Source of the DNA: Lingula anatina | Lineage: Eukaryota; Animalia; Brachiopoda | Reading direction: 5' to 3' | NCBI GenBank assembly: GCA_051362555.1 | Contig: CM120643.1 | Location: 24,804,848-24,868,847, forward strand | DNA length: 64,000 nt | Shown here: piece after piece, positions 51,987 through 64,000 of the stretch | Numbering within the stretch: position 1 is the stretch's first letter | Layout of the letters: every line of letters begins with the position of its first letter | Program-made: the position numbers and the translations under genes | Notes under the pieces: generated by a model | Database searches by the model: none | The model's input: only the letters and a program-made list of their open reading frames with translations | Told to the model about the DNA's origin: nothing

Positions 51987-54900
51987 TTATATACCGTATT
52001 ACAGATGCGTCTCAGCGTGACTTACAGACGCCTGGTCATTTTGGGACCTGATACAATATAGGCGTTGACGCTCTCGCCTCTCTGGGGAGGAAACAGCCCA
52101 GCATGCCGTATGAGGTGCTGAAAGCTATAACAAACGAACATTATCTTTCTCAATAAAATACAAAGCATGTGTAGATTTTTAACTTCGAATGTTTATGCAT
52201 GCTTTACCAGATTCGTAATTTGCTCTGTCTACATTTGGTGCTTTTATCTCAACTCTCACGCAATTAATTTGCGGTTGATTGTATTCAGCACCAGGCTGAG
52301 GAAGGAACATGACCTTACATCTCCCTCAGCTCCACACTGGCTACTATCAACCAGATACCGATTGAATAAGCAGCACTGAGTGTAATGCGTAACTATGTAA
52401 TCTGGCAACTGCAATATTGCTGAGGGGAAAAAATCACTAGATCTGAGGACCAAATTTAAAATCAAACGGAATGAACCCACTGCCATTTAATGGGCATGAA
52501 AACTGACGAACGTTGCCATGGATTGTGAACGAATGCCAATTAAAACCCATACTTCTTTCGGTATAAATTGGATATACAGAAGGGCAGCTCCCGAGATACG
52601 ACTGAACCCAGCATCATGCTATTTTCTATGTCCATTTTCGAATTTTATTGCTACATGAGATTATAACTAGTGTCGTTGAAAACTAACCTTACCAAAAGAC
52701 CGCTTTCAGAAAAAAGTTAGTATTAAAAATATAAAACATGTCAAAAAATTCAAAACAAAAATACTTAAGTCCATAAAGTGTAATTAACTGTTTTACAAGC
52801 GGTCAGACTGGATTTAGGTCATCTTCAAAATTTGAGTTTATGAAGAAAATAACATGAAAATAAAATATAAAATAAAAATAAAAATAAAAATAAAAATCAG
52901 TAAACTAGTGCCTGTGCCAAAAAGGCAATTAATATGCAATCTCTATGCAATCAATGGCAAGATATATACTCACAATTACACTGAAAACTGATAAAATAGT
53001 GTCAAATTCACGAAATTGCATGCTGAAATGTAGAACACCAGTCAACCAGTAGGCCTATACATTAAACAGAACGCTTTGATATGAAATGACAATGCTGACA
53101 GGACGAATTACAGCTTTTCCCGATGGGTACATGTATTTTGGCCTATACCAGAAACGGATATACATGTATCTTAGACACATTTTCCGACTGCAGCTTTATC
53201 ATAACAATCCTAAACCCATTGAATAATCACATATTCTGTCAAAACATCCAGAATCTAACCTGGGCTATTTTCACCGCTGCTAGACCACCCTGTACCTTAT
53301 GAATGTATTTACGTACCATTGATGTCATCAGATACAATATAAACTCTTTGGCTGCGTGTTTTACAAGGACGAAGCTAGTGAGTTGCGTTCTGCTTCGATC
53401 GCTGCAGCCTTGTTTCAGAATTTCTCAACCCTGAAATTGACGACGGCTACCTGCCTATCTGATCGTATTTATCACTTATGCAATAGTTAAGTCGATTAGC
53501 CTACATATTTCTTTATTAAAGTCTATGGCAATACGCCGTCAATTCCCCTGTCTCTGACATGCAAAACTAAATAGGCAGTATAGACCTTGAGAACATTAAT
53601 TAAAGAAAGGAGATTGTTTCCAAACTGAACCAACTAAGGGCGAAACAGAATACTCGGTGTTTTCACATCCTCGCCATCAAGGGTTCGGAAGTTCTACATT
53701 TATAAATCCTAAGAATGTATATAAGTGCGCCAAGGCGTTAAAAGACAACATGAACTTAAATGTTATGAAAGCAATTATAAATGAAACATTTCTTAATGCC
53801 AATGATTGCATGTACAGCACGGTATAATACGGCGCTTTGCCAAAGTGCCTAAGGTCTACACCCTTAAGCGTTGTATTATCCAGTTAGAAAAGGCCCACCA
53901 GATTGCTCACAGCTGACAAAAATAGACATGTTCATGGCGGTTGTATAAAAATGCATGTTTGAATTTCACTAAATTGTTTTAAAGGTAAGACCTTAAACCT
54001 ATGTTGCACCGTACGGCGAAATCGTACACGATTTTCCGTGCGGGTTTGTTTAACATCGTAAGAGACGACGGGCGTGCATGTTTACAATATATTCAGGTGC
54101 CTCTTCCTCGTGACCTTGAGGTCAGGTCAGACAAGATCATGGAGTTTGTCGGACGAAAATGGGTCATGCGGAGACCTTAAAATCTCAGTGCATCTGCTGC
54201 ACAGCCTCGGCACTGCTTCATTGCTGATCGATAATTTGTCGGTGCAGTCCCGAATTGCGCATTTTTGAGCACACACGCATTTTTGAGCACGCACGTGGTT
54301 CTGTAATGAGGAGACACACTTCTGATGAATTAAACTAAGTTTTAACCAACTTTATTGATGCCTCCTAAACTACCCAAAAACTCCGTAGCAATTTTGACAA
54401 CTGCGTATCACAAGGTTATTTGCTTAACTACATGTAGCTGCAAGATCTCGGCAAGTCCGCCAATCAATGGTCGTACGGGAATCGTGCAATGCCATCTACG
54501 ATATTGCAACGGGTTTTCGATTTGAAAAAAAGCCAATAGTTCCAACTTGACAAAACCGTAGAGTCTAAGGCTTGCTTACAGTAGCAATTGTACCCTATGC
54601 TTTACGCCATGCGTTCTTGGCATTTACCACTTGGCCTTAAAATTGAGGAAAATCACTACATTTGATAAAGCTCAATTGTCACTCCCTTCAAAGTTGCTCT
54701 TACGTGATTTCAAAATCGAAAAGCGAATTTGAATTATTTTCGGAACAAGCATTTTATTTGGAAATAAGTAAACAAGTAGTTGTAATTTACATTGTTTCCA
54801 ATTCCGGTGTTACATTTGCAAAATGGTCCGACATTAAAATCAATGTAAAAAGTGTTTATTAATGAACATAACCTTCTTGACCTTTAATTACAGTCCGGAT

Positions 54901-57076
54901 TTTCTGAGAAACACATTGTTCTATTAATATACACTGTGCCGTGTAACAAATAGTAAAACCTTAAAAACAATATCCACTGTTTGTCAGCAATTCCCAAGAT
55001 CAATAGAAATAGACGTTTTCAAAGAAATATCATCTGCTCGACCTTAAATGCAGTTATCAAGAAACAAACGGTCCTTTTAGTAAACACTGTTAATGCAAAA
55101 CAAATATTTGAACTTTCAGAACAGAAAACACAGAGGATTTTCCCTGTTTTTTCTTCATCGAAATTCGATAGGGCAAGGAGGCAGTATTGTCTTTTCATGA
55201 TCTGTGATGATGCTTGCACCAGAGAGACCGCCGCGAGATATCGTTTATTGGCAGCGCCATTACGATCGGCTTATGTTTATCAGCAATCTGGACTCAATCG
55301 TCAAGGAGACACTTATTCGCTGTCAAGCAGGGCATTTTACCCTACAATAATCTATAAACCAATTACAAAATGTAATCCTTGAACATAGATGTTCATTTAA
55401 AGACGGGTTCTTTGCAAGGACGTAACAGTCATCGACGATTCGGTAAACATTTCGCATCAAGATGTTGTAATTCGTTTTCACGTTCATGCAGTAAAACCAA
55501 TGAGCAGATAAAGCGTACAAAGAAAGTGCTTCATTTTTTTTTTCAAATCTAGCTTAACCAGTTTCTGTTACAAATAAGATATTATTAACGGACTGGACAG
55601 CAAAAAATGCAGTGAGTGGTTGAAATGAATTACATCTTGCTAGCAAAACGGTAGATGCAGGAAGGACTTAACACGCTGTTAAAACTGACGAGAAGGGTCC
55701 CTGACCATCCATACGGCCACTCACCCGCATTCACGTGGTCAGTACACAACCCTTGGTCACAGCCGTCTCTGATAATTAACTAATCACCTTGCCATTTGTT
55801 CCCAAAACCAGGTTTGTAGTTGACCCATACTAGCCCTTATATAGTTACATAGTAGTAATGCAAAACATTTACCTCTACTCTGTGGCTGTATATGCCACAA
55901 TGTACAATGTAAAACGCGTACGTGGTTTTGGCGCATTTAAACCGAGATTAGCAACTCAAGTTAACAGATTTAAAAAAGTACTTAAAAGAGACATACCGCA
56001 GTGAAGTTCCCTGCGCCAGTGCCTGCCTCCGCCAAAGTAAGCGTATGTGACACACACCAGTGTAAGTACACGTACCACCGAGGCCAAATTCGTTCAAACC
56101 GTGTGAAATCAACACGCGGAGGAAATGGGTGCCCAGCTGTGTGTGAAGGAACACGCTAGAAGATTACGTGTGGTTACTCCCAAGCTGCTCGTCAATTTTT
56201 TGTCTTAATTATGAACGGAAGCAATTCGTAGAATCAAAACTGCAAATTGGATCTGATGAAGAACCTTGAGCCGTGTCTGTTGACAAACTAACATGGTGTT
56301 ATTTTCTGAATACACACCTAGTGGAACTTCAACCGAACATTTTCGTGTCTCTAAAATGGTTACTAGAAAGGTCCTTGAAGCGAGGAGCCGTCAACGTATT
56401 CAGTACTGCGCTTTTCCGTTAGCTGGTACAGTATTATGCCTTTCCACGATACTGCGATGTTGTTCCTTATGCCGTTCTTAATGACTCTATCCACAAGGTA
56501 GGGACGACGACACAGTTCTACATTTAACTGCCCACATAAAAGTGTTCATCAGCTGCGTACTGAGGATGACCCGAGCTAAACTCCGCTGTTGCCGCTAGGT
56601 GCCGAGCATTAACGCCACGGTTTATGGATCTGACTTCAGAAAGACGCAGGAAAATAGGGATTACTGCGTCATACATGCGAACAGAAGGAAAACATAAAAA
56701 AAGGTTATCCTTTGTTATGCATCGGTAAAGAATGACAACAAAAACAGGGCAAACAGTCAAACAGACGGATGAAAAGACGGCACATTATAACAATAATTAT
56801 TGACTGTGAACCTGGCCAAAATAGAAATGAATGTCATTTCAACTACTTGCCTTATTGAACACTCATTAAAAAAGTGTAAAAGGAACAGATGATCTAAAAT
56901 TTCATCAATAAATCGCATTTGTGACACCTTTTACCTTTTCCATACATAAAATCCCTCTAGTACGTCAAAACTGCGCTTATATAGTGACTTTTCCTGAGGG
57001 CTAACATGATACGGCGAGGTGTTTGGAGAATGTTTCAAAATGCAGTAGATGTGCCGATAATTACAAATGTTCGTAG

Positions 57077-57077
57077 T

Positions 57078-57145
<68 letters not shown>
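57077..57145. repeat. Compound (GT)n(GA)n microsatellite
   Basis: Visible runs. Confidence 0.95.
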
Positions 57146-57147
<2 letters not shown>

Positions 57148-57823
57148 AAATTCGAAACTCAAAAGTGAACGAAAGATTAATAGTTCTACAAGTAAGTTAC
57201 TAACACTTCCAAAACAATCTTACCTCAAACAGCAGTGGTGGGGGACTGAAGGACAGAAGATGTTAACTGGTAATTAAGGCAAGGGGGTCAGAAGCTATAT
57301 ATACTTAGACTCGCTTTGGTCGGCGAATGTAAAAATAGTTCTCGAAAGCATTTTTACTGCAATATGTAGGTCTTAGGGATGACAATTTCGCTTGGTTATA
57401 TACTCTCGTTTTGTTTGTTATACTTTAGTTTGGAAGTGGAAAGGGGGGTGGCGAAGAAGGGGGGAGGAGGAGGAGGGGGACGGCAACTACATGCGTATAC
57501 CTTCTTTCCTGGATTAGCCTTGGTGTTGGGTTGGATAATACGACCAGTTTTTTGTGGTTCAAGGCAGATTAATGTCTCTTTTTAGTGTCTCTTTCTTTAA
57601 AAGCATCATCTATGACATTTCGACGCAATTTTTAATGCAACAACAACATGATATTGCCTCTGGCACAGAAATGGTTTGAATCAATAGCTTTAATTAGAAC
57701 CACGAGGGGCTGCAGGGAACAACACGGAGTTGCCAGAAGTGAAATTTCATTGAATTGGTGTAGCACTTTTTTTTTTGAGTTGTTAAAGTCTAAAGGTTAT
57801 TTCATCTGATACATGGACACGTG

Positions 57824-57959
57824 CACATACACACAAACACACGCGCACACACACTTACACACACACAGACACGAATACACAAACACACACACAGAGACAC
57901 GAATACACACACACACATACACGTACACATATGTATACACACTCACACGCATGCACACA
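57824..57959. repeat. Degenerate (CA)n-rich simple repeat
   Basis: Visible interrupted CA runs. Confidence 0.85.
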
Positions 57960-58874
57960 AATATAATGAGACAGGCTGAGAAATAAGCTAATATTCGTAC
58001 ATAGAAAAACCCGCCTGGGACATTACTGAAAAGCACTGAATAACACGACATAGAAAATCAACGTCATATTTCATTTCGGTCAATTGTTTGTGGTCCGTTG
58101 ATAGCACGGTTTGATAATGAGTGATTTAATTTCGGTTATCAGGCAAAATGAAACTATGTATCTTTCACCGCGGCGGTGGTTATTTATCATCTTCTCGGAC
58201 CTACCATCACGCAACAAGTTATCTGTAAGCAGCGGCGGAGAGCTCCGACTGTCCCTAACGTAATTAAGTTTCTTTAGTAAGGCTTTATGAAGCATTTCTA
58301 GATAGACTAATTCATGAAAATGACGCCAAAGAATTGATTTGCATTGTTATAATTGGTCTGAGATTTATAGTGTCGTTTCAGAACTATGTGCAGTCGCTTT
58401 CATTAAGAGCAAAGGAACAAAAAAGAAAGAACCAGCTCGGGTTTGTTAATTCTCCATCTAGGGTAAAAAGAGGTCACATATGGACGCTGTTAATTTGCTA
58501 GCTTATAATTGGAACATAATGTCACAAAAATGAGACAAGATATTGGACAGGCACTTCCAAGAATCCTTAATGGTTCACATTTGGCTCCTTCAGACCGATA
58601 TGAGGACACCGAGAACCCAATAAGTTTAGCTTCGTTAAGACCATATTTATCAAGTGTGCCATGCACGTGCACGTGGTACAGACACTGGCATGTTATCACC
58701 AACATATATGCTACATGTATGTCTCGTCACATGAGTTATATAGCAATACCAATAATTATAAGAAACCAGTGAAATCATGCTTCACTAATTTACATGAAAA
58801 ATGTCCGTTCTACATATACTGGGAAGGTTTTTCCACAAGGCTCGCTTACAAATAAGTCAATACAAAGGGTTTTA

Positions 58875-59088
58875 GACTGCATTCCCACATATTAAGATCG
58901 ATCCATCTGGATCGACCTAACTCCCAGGGGGGTTCACGCTAAATTGCTGTCAGCCGAGCGCGCGGAAGTTAAGTACCCCCTTACAGTTTTTAGTAGGCGG
59001 GACAGACATTTAAGCCGGCTAAGCTGAGAGAAATCTAGTGAGACTCCCCAGGGGGATAGAGCGATCTAAAATCTGTGGGAATGTAGTC
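58875..59088 (+). mobile_element. PIF/Harbinger-like MITE
   Basis: tta|GACTGCATTCCCACA...TGTGGGAATGTAGTC|tta; 3-bp TTA TSD. Confidence 0.85.
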
Positions 59089-59794
59089 TTAGTTGGGAGA
59101 ATGCACTGAAAGGGAAATGGGTCACGCACTGATTAAGTAAGACCTCTTTATTATCGGTTATTTTCCTATTTTCGACGAAATCTGTGATTGATCAAAGGTC
59201 TGTTCATTATGGAGATGATGGTTTGTCACCTCAGTAATTGTGTGAAACCAGAAGATGTGAAAGACCGCTACTTTAATTAAGTTGTCTCCGTAGCTTCCTT
59301 TGTCTGAGAGCTAAGTATCATGGATATCACAGCCGATAGCATTTGCCGTATTACATTTATATACGGTACCTAGTAGCTATTATTAATAGAAAGTTTGGGC
59401 TTCGAATCTACTTTTTACCCAGCCGCAAAACCTGAAAATCTCAGAGAAAATTTAACTCATAGTTGGAGCCAGTATCATCAAGGCAAAGCCCTATCCAAAA
59501 GTTTCTTGGTGTTTTTAGAGATGGAACGCTTTTCACAAAGAAGAAAATTTCTAGTAAATGCAAATATGCAAATAACACTATAAACAGACAGTGTAGGCTC
59601 AATTCGTAGTCACCTTTCAAACTCTGCCGCAACTTCAGACATAAATTATTTGGTTACTTCTAAATGGGATCACTGTACCCTCCAATATCAGGGGCCTATA
59701 AAATAGTTTACGAAATTTAAGTACAGGAACTGAAAAAAAAAAAGCATCATTATCGCGTCTGCATGAAGCTACAGCTAGCCTTTGGGAACGCTTA

Positions 59795-60052
59795 GACTGG
59801 GTTCCCATATCTAGATCGATCTAACAGGATCGATCCATCTCCGAAGGGGTTTCTCGCTAAATTGCTTTTACCGTAAGCGACTTAGATGTCTGGCTCGCCA
59901 ACTGAAGCTGCTAAACGATAATTAATTTCCCCATAGCTGCTTCTGTAGGCGCGACAGACATCTAAGCCGCTCAAATTGATTGCAATTTCGCGCGAATCCC
60001 CTGGGGGATAGATCGATCCACAGTCAGTACGATAGGGTCTGGGAATGGTCCC
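59795..60052 (+). mobile_element. PIF/Harbinger-like MITE (diverged subfamily)
   Basis: tta|GACTGGGTTCCCA...TGGGAATGGTCCC|tta; shares the GATCGATC, CGCTAAATTGC and TAGGCG.GACAGACAT.TAAGCCG blocks. Confidence 0.78.
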
Positions 60053-61749
60053 TTACAGACACGGCTCGATTTGAAACTTAACCTCAGCACTGTGAACTAG
60101 CTGTGAAAGGTTAGGGAAACCATCATTACATAATACCTTTACTTACAGGTATGTACGGACCGTGCTAAATTGTCTTTTTACTGAAATAAAAGAGATAATG
60201 AGATAAAATTGATGATGGGCTCAACAAGGTACTCTCCTTAATTGTGTTTAAATCATTAACATAACAACTGAAATAACTGTAGATACAGCTGACATACAGT
60301 AAATATCCCCTCATTTTTCCTCCCTTCCTTCGTTGTTTTTCGTTCACTGATTAAAAACATCTAAGGGCACTGTCGATAGTGCTTTATAATCACCATACTG
60401 ACTTATGTCGCCTGTGGCCTTACGAGCCATTCAACCGATGCCCATTTCCGTCTAAGAATTGCCCTTTGGACCGTTCGTAGAATTGGATTTTTTTTTGTTT
60501 GTTTGGTAATGTCATATCTTGGCGTATTACCAACATATTATCCAATCTTTTGGTGATTGTGCACGCTGCATCGCTTAGTCAACAATAAATCTTGCCCCAG
60601 TTTTGAGAAATACTCGCGTGATCAGTCATTTGGCTTCGAATGCTTTAAAAATCGTTATAATTAACTAACGGTGCGTCTTTTTCCCAGGAATCTGATGTAG
60701 TGACGCCAAGTAATTATTAGATAAATGTCCATGTTACAAGAAAATAAATTAGTTTTTTTTTTTTATTTATTTGCGTCACACCTCAAAAATAATTATCTTA
60801 AAAGCCCAAGGGGCAGAAACGCACTGAAGTGAACCGCTCTTTGAGATGAACTCAAATACATGGGGCCTCGCGTTGCAGATAGCCATAATGAAACATTAAT
60901 GAAATATATGAGTACGTCAAGAGTCTCCTAAGTGCCTGACAATAACGTATTGAACACTACGTATTTCTATACAGATACAGTTTTCTTTATTATTGCGAAA
61001 CTTTCGTCATCAATGCCTAAATTTTGGACTTGTCAAATATGTCATCTTAAATAAAGCTGTCTTCATCATATATGCATGTATAAGCGGCTTGTAACGAAAA
61101 GCTACAGAAGTCAATACCAGTTCATCATCATGGATGTGTCTGTAAAAGGAGAGTCAACGGAGGACAGGGCACTGATGACGCGATTCCTTACCAGGAACCA
61201 ACAGGTTCGATGCGTTGTTGGACAGGCTCCGCAACTCAAAAGCATCGCGAATTGCGACCGAGCGCAAGCGTCTCTATGCCATTACTCGACATTTACTCGC
61301 CCCATATGTAGGCCCTAATAGCCTCGAAATGAAACGTGATTCGCAATGCGCGATGCTTTCGAGTTACGGAGCCCAGAACGTGCAAGTGCATGCCCTACAT
61401 AAATGTCATTACGGCAAATTTGGTCTCAATAACGGACCAATCATTTATAACTAAATTGCAAAATTGAATAAAAACGAAATGAAACACCGAATCCAAAGAG
61501 CAGGGGTGGGTCGAGCAATAATTCGTCAGTGGGAAAAAATTTGCCTTTCCTTCGAGGAAAATTCGCTTTGGTAGGCCCTACGAGAGTTTAATAGTCTGCC
61601 CTCTAACATTTCAGCCTAAAAATGTTTGGCTTTGGTAAGTCAGTTGAGGTTTTAACAATTATTCGCCGATAGAATTTTACCCATGCATTGACCGGTGTGA
61701 CAGGAATAGTAGTCTTAGGAATGGCAGTCCGGGCTCCCATATGATTAGT

Positions 61750-61918
61750 CAGGCTCGTAGCCAGGAGAGGGTCCGGGGGTTCGAAAGAACCACCCTTTTG
61801 CTAGGAAAAGGTCCACTATGGGTAAAATTTGATCTATGTACTTGAGGGATTTATGGTAAAAGGTCCACTTTTTCAGAAAACGACCCCCCCCCCTCTGAAA
61901 TTGCTGGCTACGGGCCTA
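61750..61918. mobile_element. Short MITE with 15-bp TIRs (hAT-like CAGG termini)
   Basis: CAGGCTCGTAGCCAG...CTGGCTACGGGCCTA; no clean TSD seen. Confidence 0.65.
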
Positions 61919-61921
61919 ACA

Positions 61922-62101
61922 GGTATTGGTCACTTCACTTCACTTCAAGATAATACCCTAGCTGACTACATAAGGAAGCACGGTATTGGTCACTTCACTT
62001 CAAGATAATGCCCTAGCTGACTACACAAGGAAGCACGGTATTGGTCACTTCACTTCAAGATAATGCCCTAGCTGACTACATAAGGTAGCACGGTATTGGT
62101 C
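61922..62101. repeat. Minisatellite, ~3.2 copies of a 55-bp unit
   Basis: Unit GGTATTGGTCACTTCACTTCAAGATAATGCCCTAGCTGACTACATAAGGAAGCAC at 61922, 61982 and 62037, partial at 62092. Confidence 0.92.
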
Positions 62102-63513
62102 TGAAACATGTGTCGTCTCTTTCTTCTTAAAATAAGCTTTAAATTGCATTCAATTGGACTCCATCTGAATTATCTCAATTACACCAAAATATAGACTAAA
62201 TTGGTTGAAAAGTAAGGTCTTTCATCCGGGCGGATTTTCTTTTGCTAAACATCCCAAGGAACGTGGGCAGCAACTGGTGGGTTGCTGTCAACTATTTTTT
62301 GTAGAAAATAATCCATTTACCCTGTCACTCCATTGACACAAAGCTACAATATCGATTCACAACTGTGCTACACTGACAGGCTCGTCATTCACGCTAAACG
62401 CGATGTGGCCTAGACAATGTTTTTAACTACAGTATATACATGTATATGTTACTGCACATCACATTTTCCTAGAAACCGTTGCATCGTTTTTTTTTTGCAA
62501 TTACATGGGCTCCTGAAGTAAACACGTTTTTTGTAGGTTAAGCAATGGATATTAACGGTACTCTGACACAGAAACTCGTTTCGTAGGGGCAGAGATCATG
62601 CGTTGCATGTCGTATATGTTTGTGGTCTTTATAAGTATATATTACTTAGGCTACTAACTCGGTTCTTTTGTAGAAACCCAGAAATGTAAATAGCAAGTGA
62701 GTTAAGACTGGGGAAAGCTTTAACTCGGGATATCATTATATTATGAAGTTTTTGTTGAATTTTTAATAAAGTCTTATTCAAATAAAAAAAAAATGATTTT
62801 AAAGTAGGCTTCGCACAAATCGAGCTTTACTGGCAATAATTTCCTCAGATACGAACCTAGGTAAGAAAATATACATAGCTGTAATCAAGCTAAGCTACTG
62901 CCATATCATAACAAGATTGAAACGTACTGAAGAAAAGAAAAAGACGCCTTACTTACTGGTACACTATGGATCGTGACTTAATTCTTATCAACCAGAGGCT
63001 TCTGGCGTTTCTCCGGGTTTCACTACAGCACCATCCTGTTATTCAGCCTCCTTTGTAGGCGAAAGTTGCTTCCCCTCGGCATCGAACGCACGGTAAGTGT
63101 TTCTCAATAGCACAGTCGAAAAGGCTGTTCTGATTTGATTTGTCGCAACTATATAACTGTATCCATGGTTTCGAAGAGGTTTCGTCAGCTTCGTCTAACT
63201 TGTCATATGCAAATTATCGACATTTCATAACTTCTAATTGTGCAATTGTACATTTGTCATGTTTCTGGAAACTGGTGCCAAAATTAATCAAATGCACGTA
63301 GATATACAGACAGTATTCATATTTTTTTGTTCATCGAGGTACAAATAATTAGTTTTGCCCGTTTACCACACAGAACGTCATACTAGTACAATGTCTAAAA
63401 AAAAAAAAAATACTATTCGACCTCATGTCTGGGGAATAGAAGATGCCAATCCAACCGTTCTCGCATGACAATGATTTCTTTAATAACCGACACGGGCGAG
63501 TACAACATAGATA

Positions 63514-63713
63514 GTGTGCATTCCCAGAGATTTAGATAGACCTAACTCCCTGGGGGTCACGCTAAATTGCAGTCAGCCGAGCGCGCACCATAGTTAATTA
63601 CCCCCTTACAGCTTTTATTAGGCGGGACAGACGCTTAAGCTGGCTAAGCTGATAGTAATCTAGTGAGACTCCCCACAGGGATAGATCGATCTAAAATGTA
63701 TGGGAATGGGGTC
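63514..63713 (+). mobile_element. PIF/Harbinger-like MITE
   Basis: ata|GTGTGCATTCCCA...TGGGAATGGGGTC|ata; colinear with the 58875 copy. Confidence 0.82.
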
Positions 63714-63880
63714 ATAGATAGATAAATAGATATATAGATAGAAAGATAAACCACTCATCTTTAAAGGTATTACTCAAGTCATGCTAGATAGACAGACAGA
63801 CAGACAGACAGAACGACAGACAGACAGAAAGATAGATAAACAGACAGAAATAATACCAGACAGATAAAGAGATAGACAGA
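63714..63880. repeat. (TAGA/CAGA)n degenerate microsatellite
   Basis: Visible interrupted tetranucleotide runs. Confidence 0.8.
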
Positions 63881-64000
63881 TTCATGTAGCAACATACGTA
63901 AACCAAAAATAATAACCCGAGTAGTGTTTCCCAACAGTTTGACACGAATTATATAGATAAAATTGTCGGAGAAAATACTGATGTTAAGTCTCTCAGTTTC

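Noticed and set aside
53985-54575. Possible ~590-bp element with degenerate inverted ends
   Set aside because: The end similarity is too weak to call by eye.
61922-62101. CRISPR-like array
   Set aside because: No unique spacers, eukaryotic context and no cas genes; it is a plain minisatellite.
63155-63195. Minus-strand CTGACGA...CGAAAC hammerhead-like core
   Set aside because: Stem II and stem I cannot form convincingly.

Overview
AT-rich, intron-containing eukaryotic DNA, most likely from a marine invertebrate (inferred from gene content; the species cannot be named). From left to right the window holds: (1) the 3' 16 coding exons of GPATCH1 (+, 47-7476); (2) a non-autonomous Helentron/HINE-type element (8040-9392); (3) a three-exon secreted H-type lectin gene (-, ATG 13716); (4) a structurally complete 2.6-kb LTR retroelement (10125-12728) inserted in that gene's last exon; (5) a single-coding-exon FMRFamide/peptide-receptor-like class A GPCR (-, 29091-30239); and (6) about 34 kb without a recognisable protein-coding gene, containing Harbinger-like palindromic MITEs, tandem duplications and microsatellites. 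The LTR element has TG..CA LTRs, an ACAT target-site duplication, a PBS and a PPT, but no recognisable gag/pol. It instead carries one intact 371-aa acidic repeat protein, and its insertion replaced the lectin's C-terminus. This element is the most notable finding. All calls were made by eye; no database searches were run.
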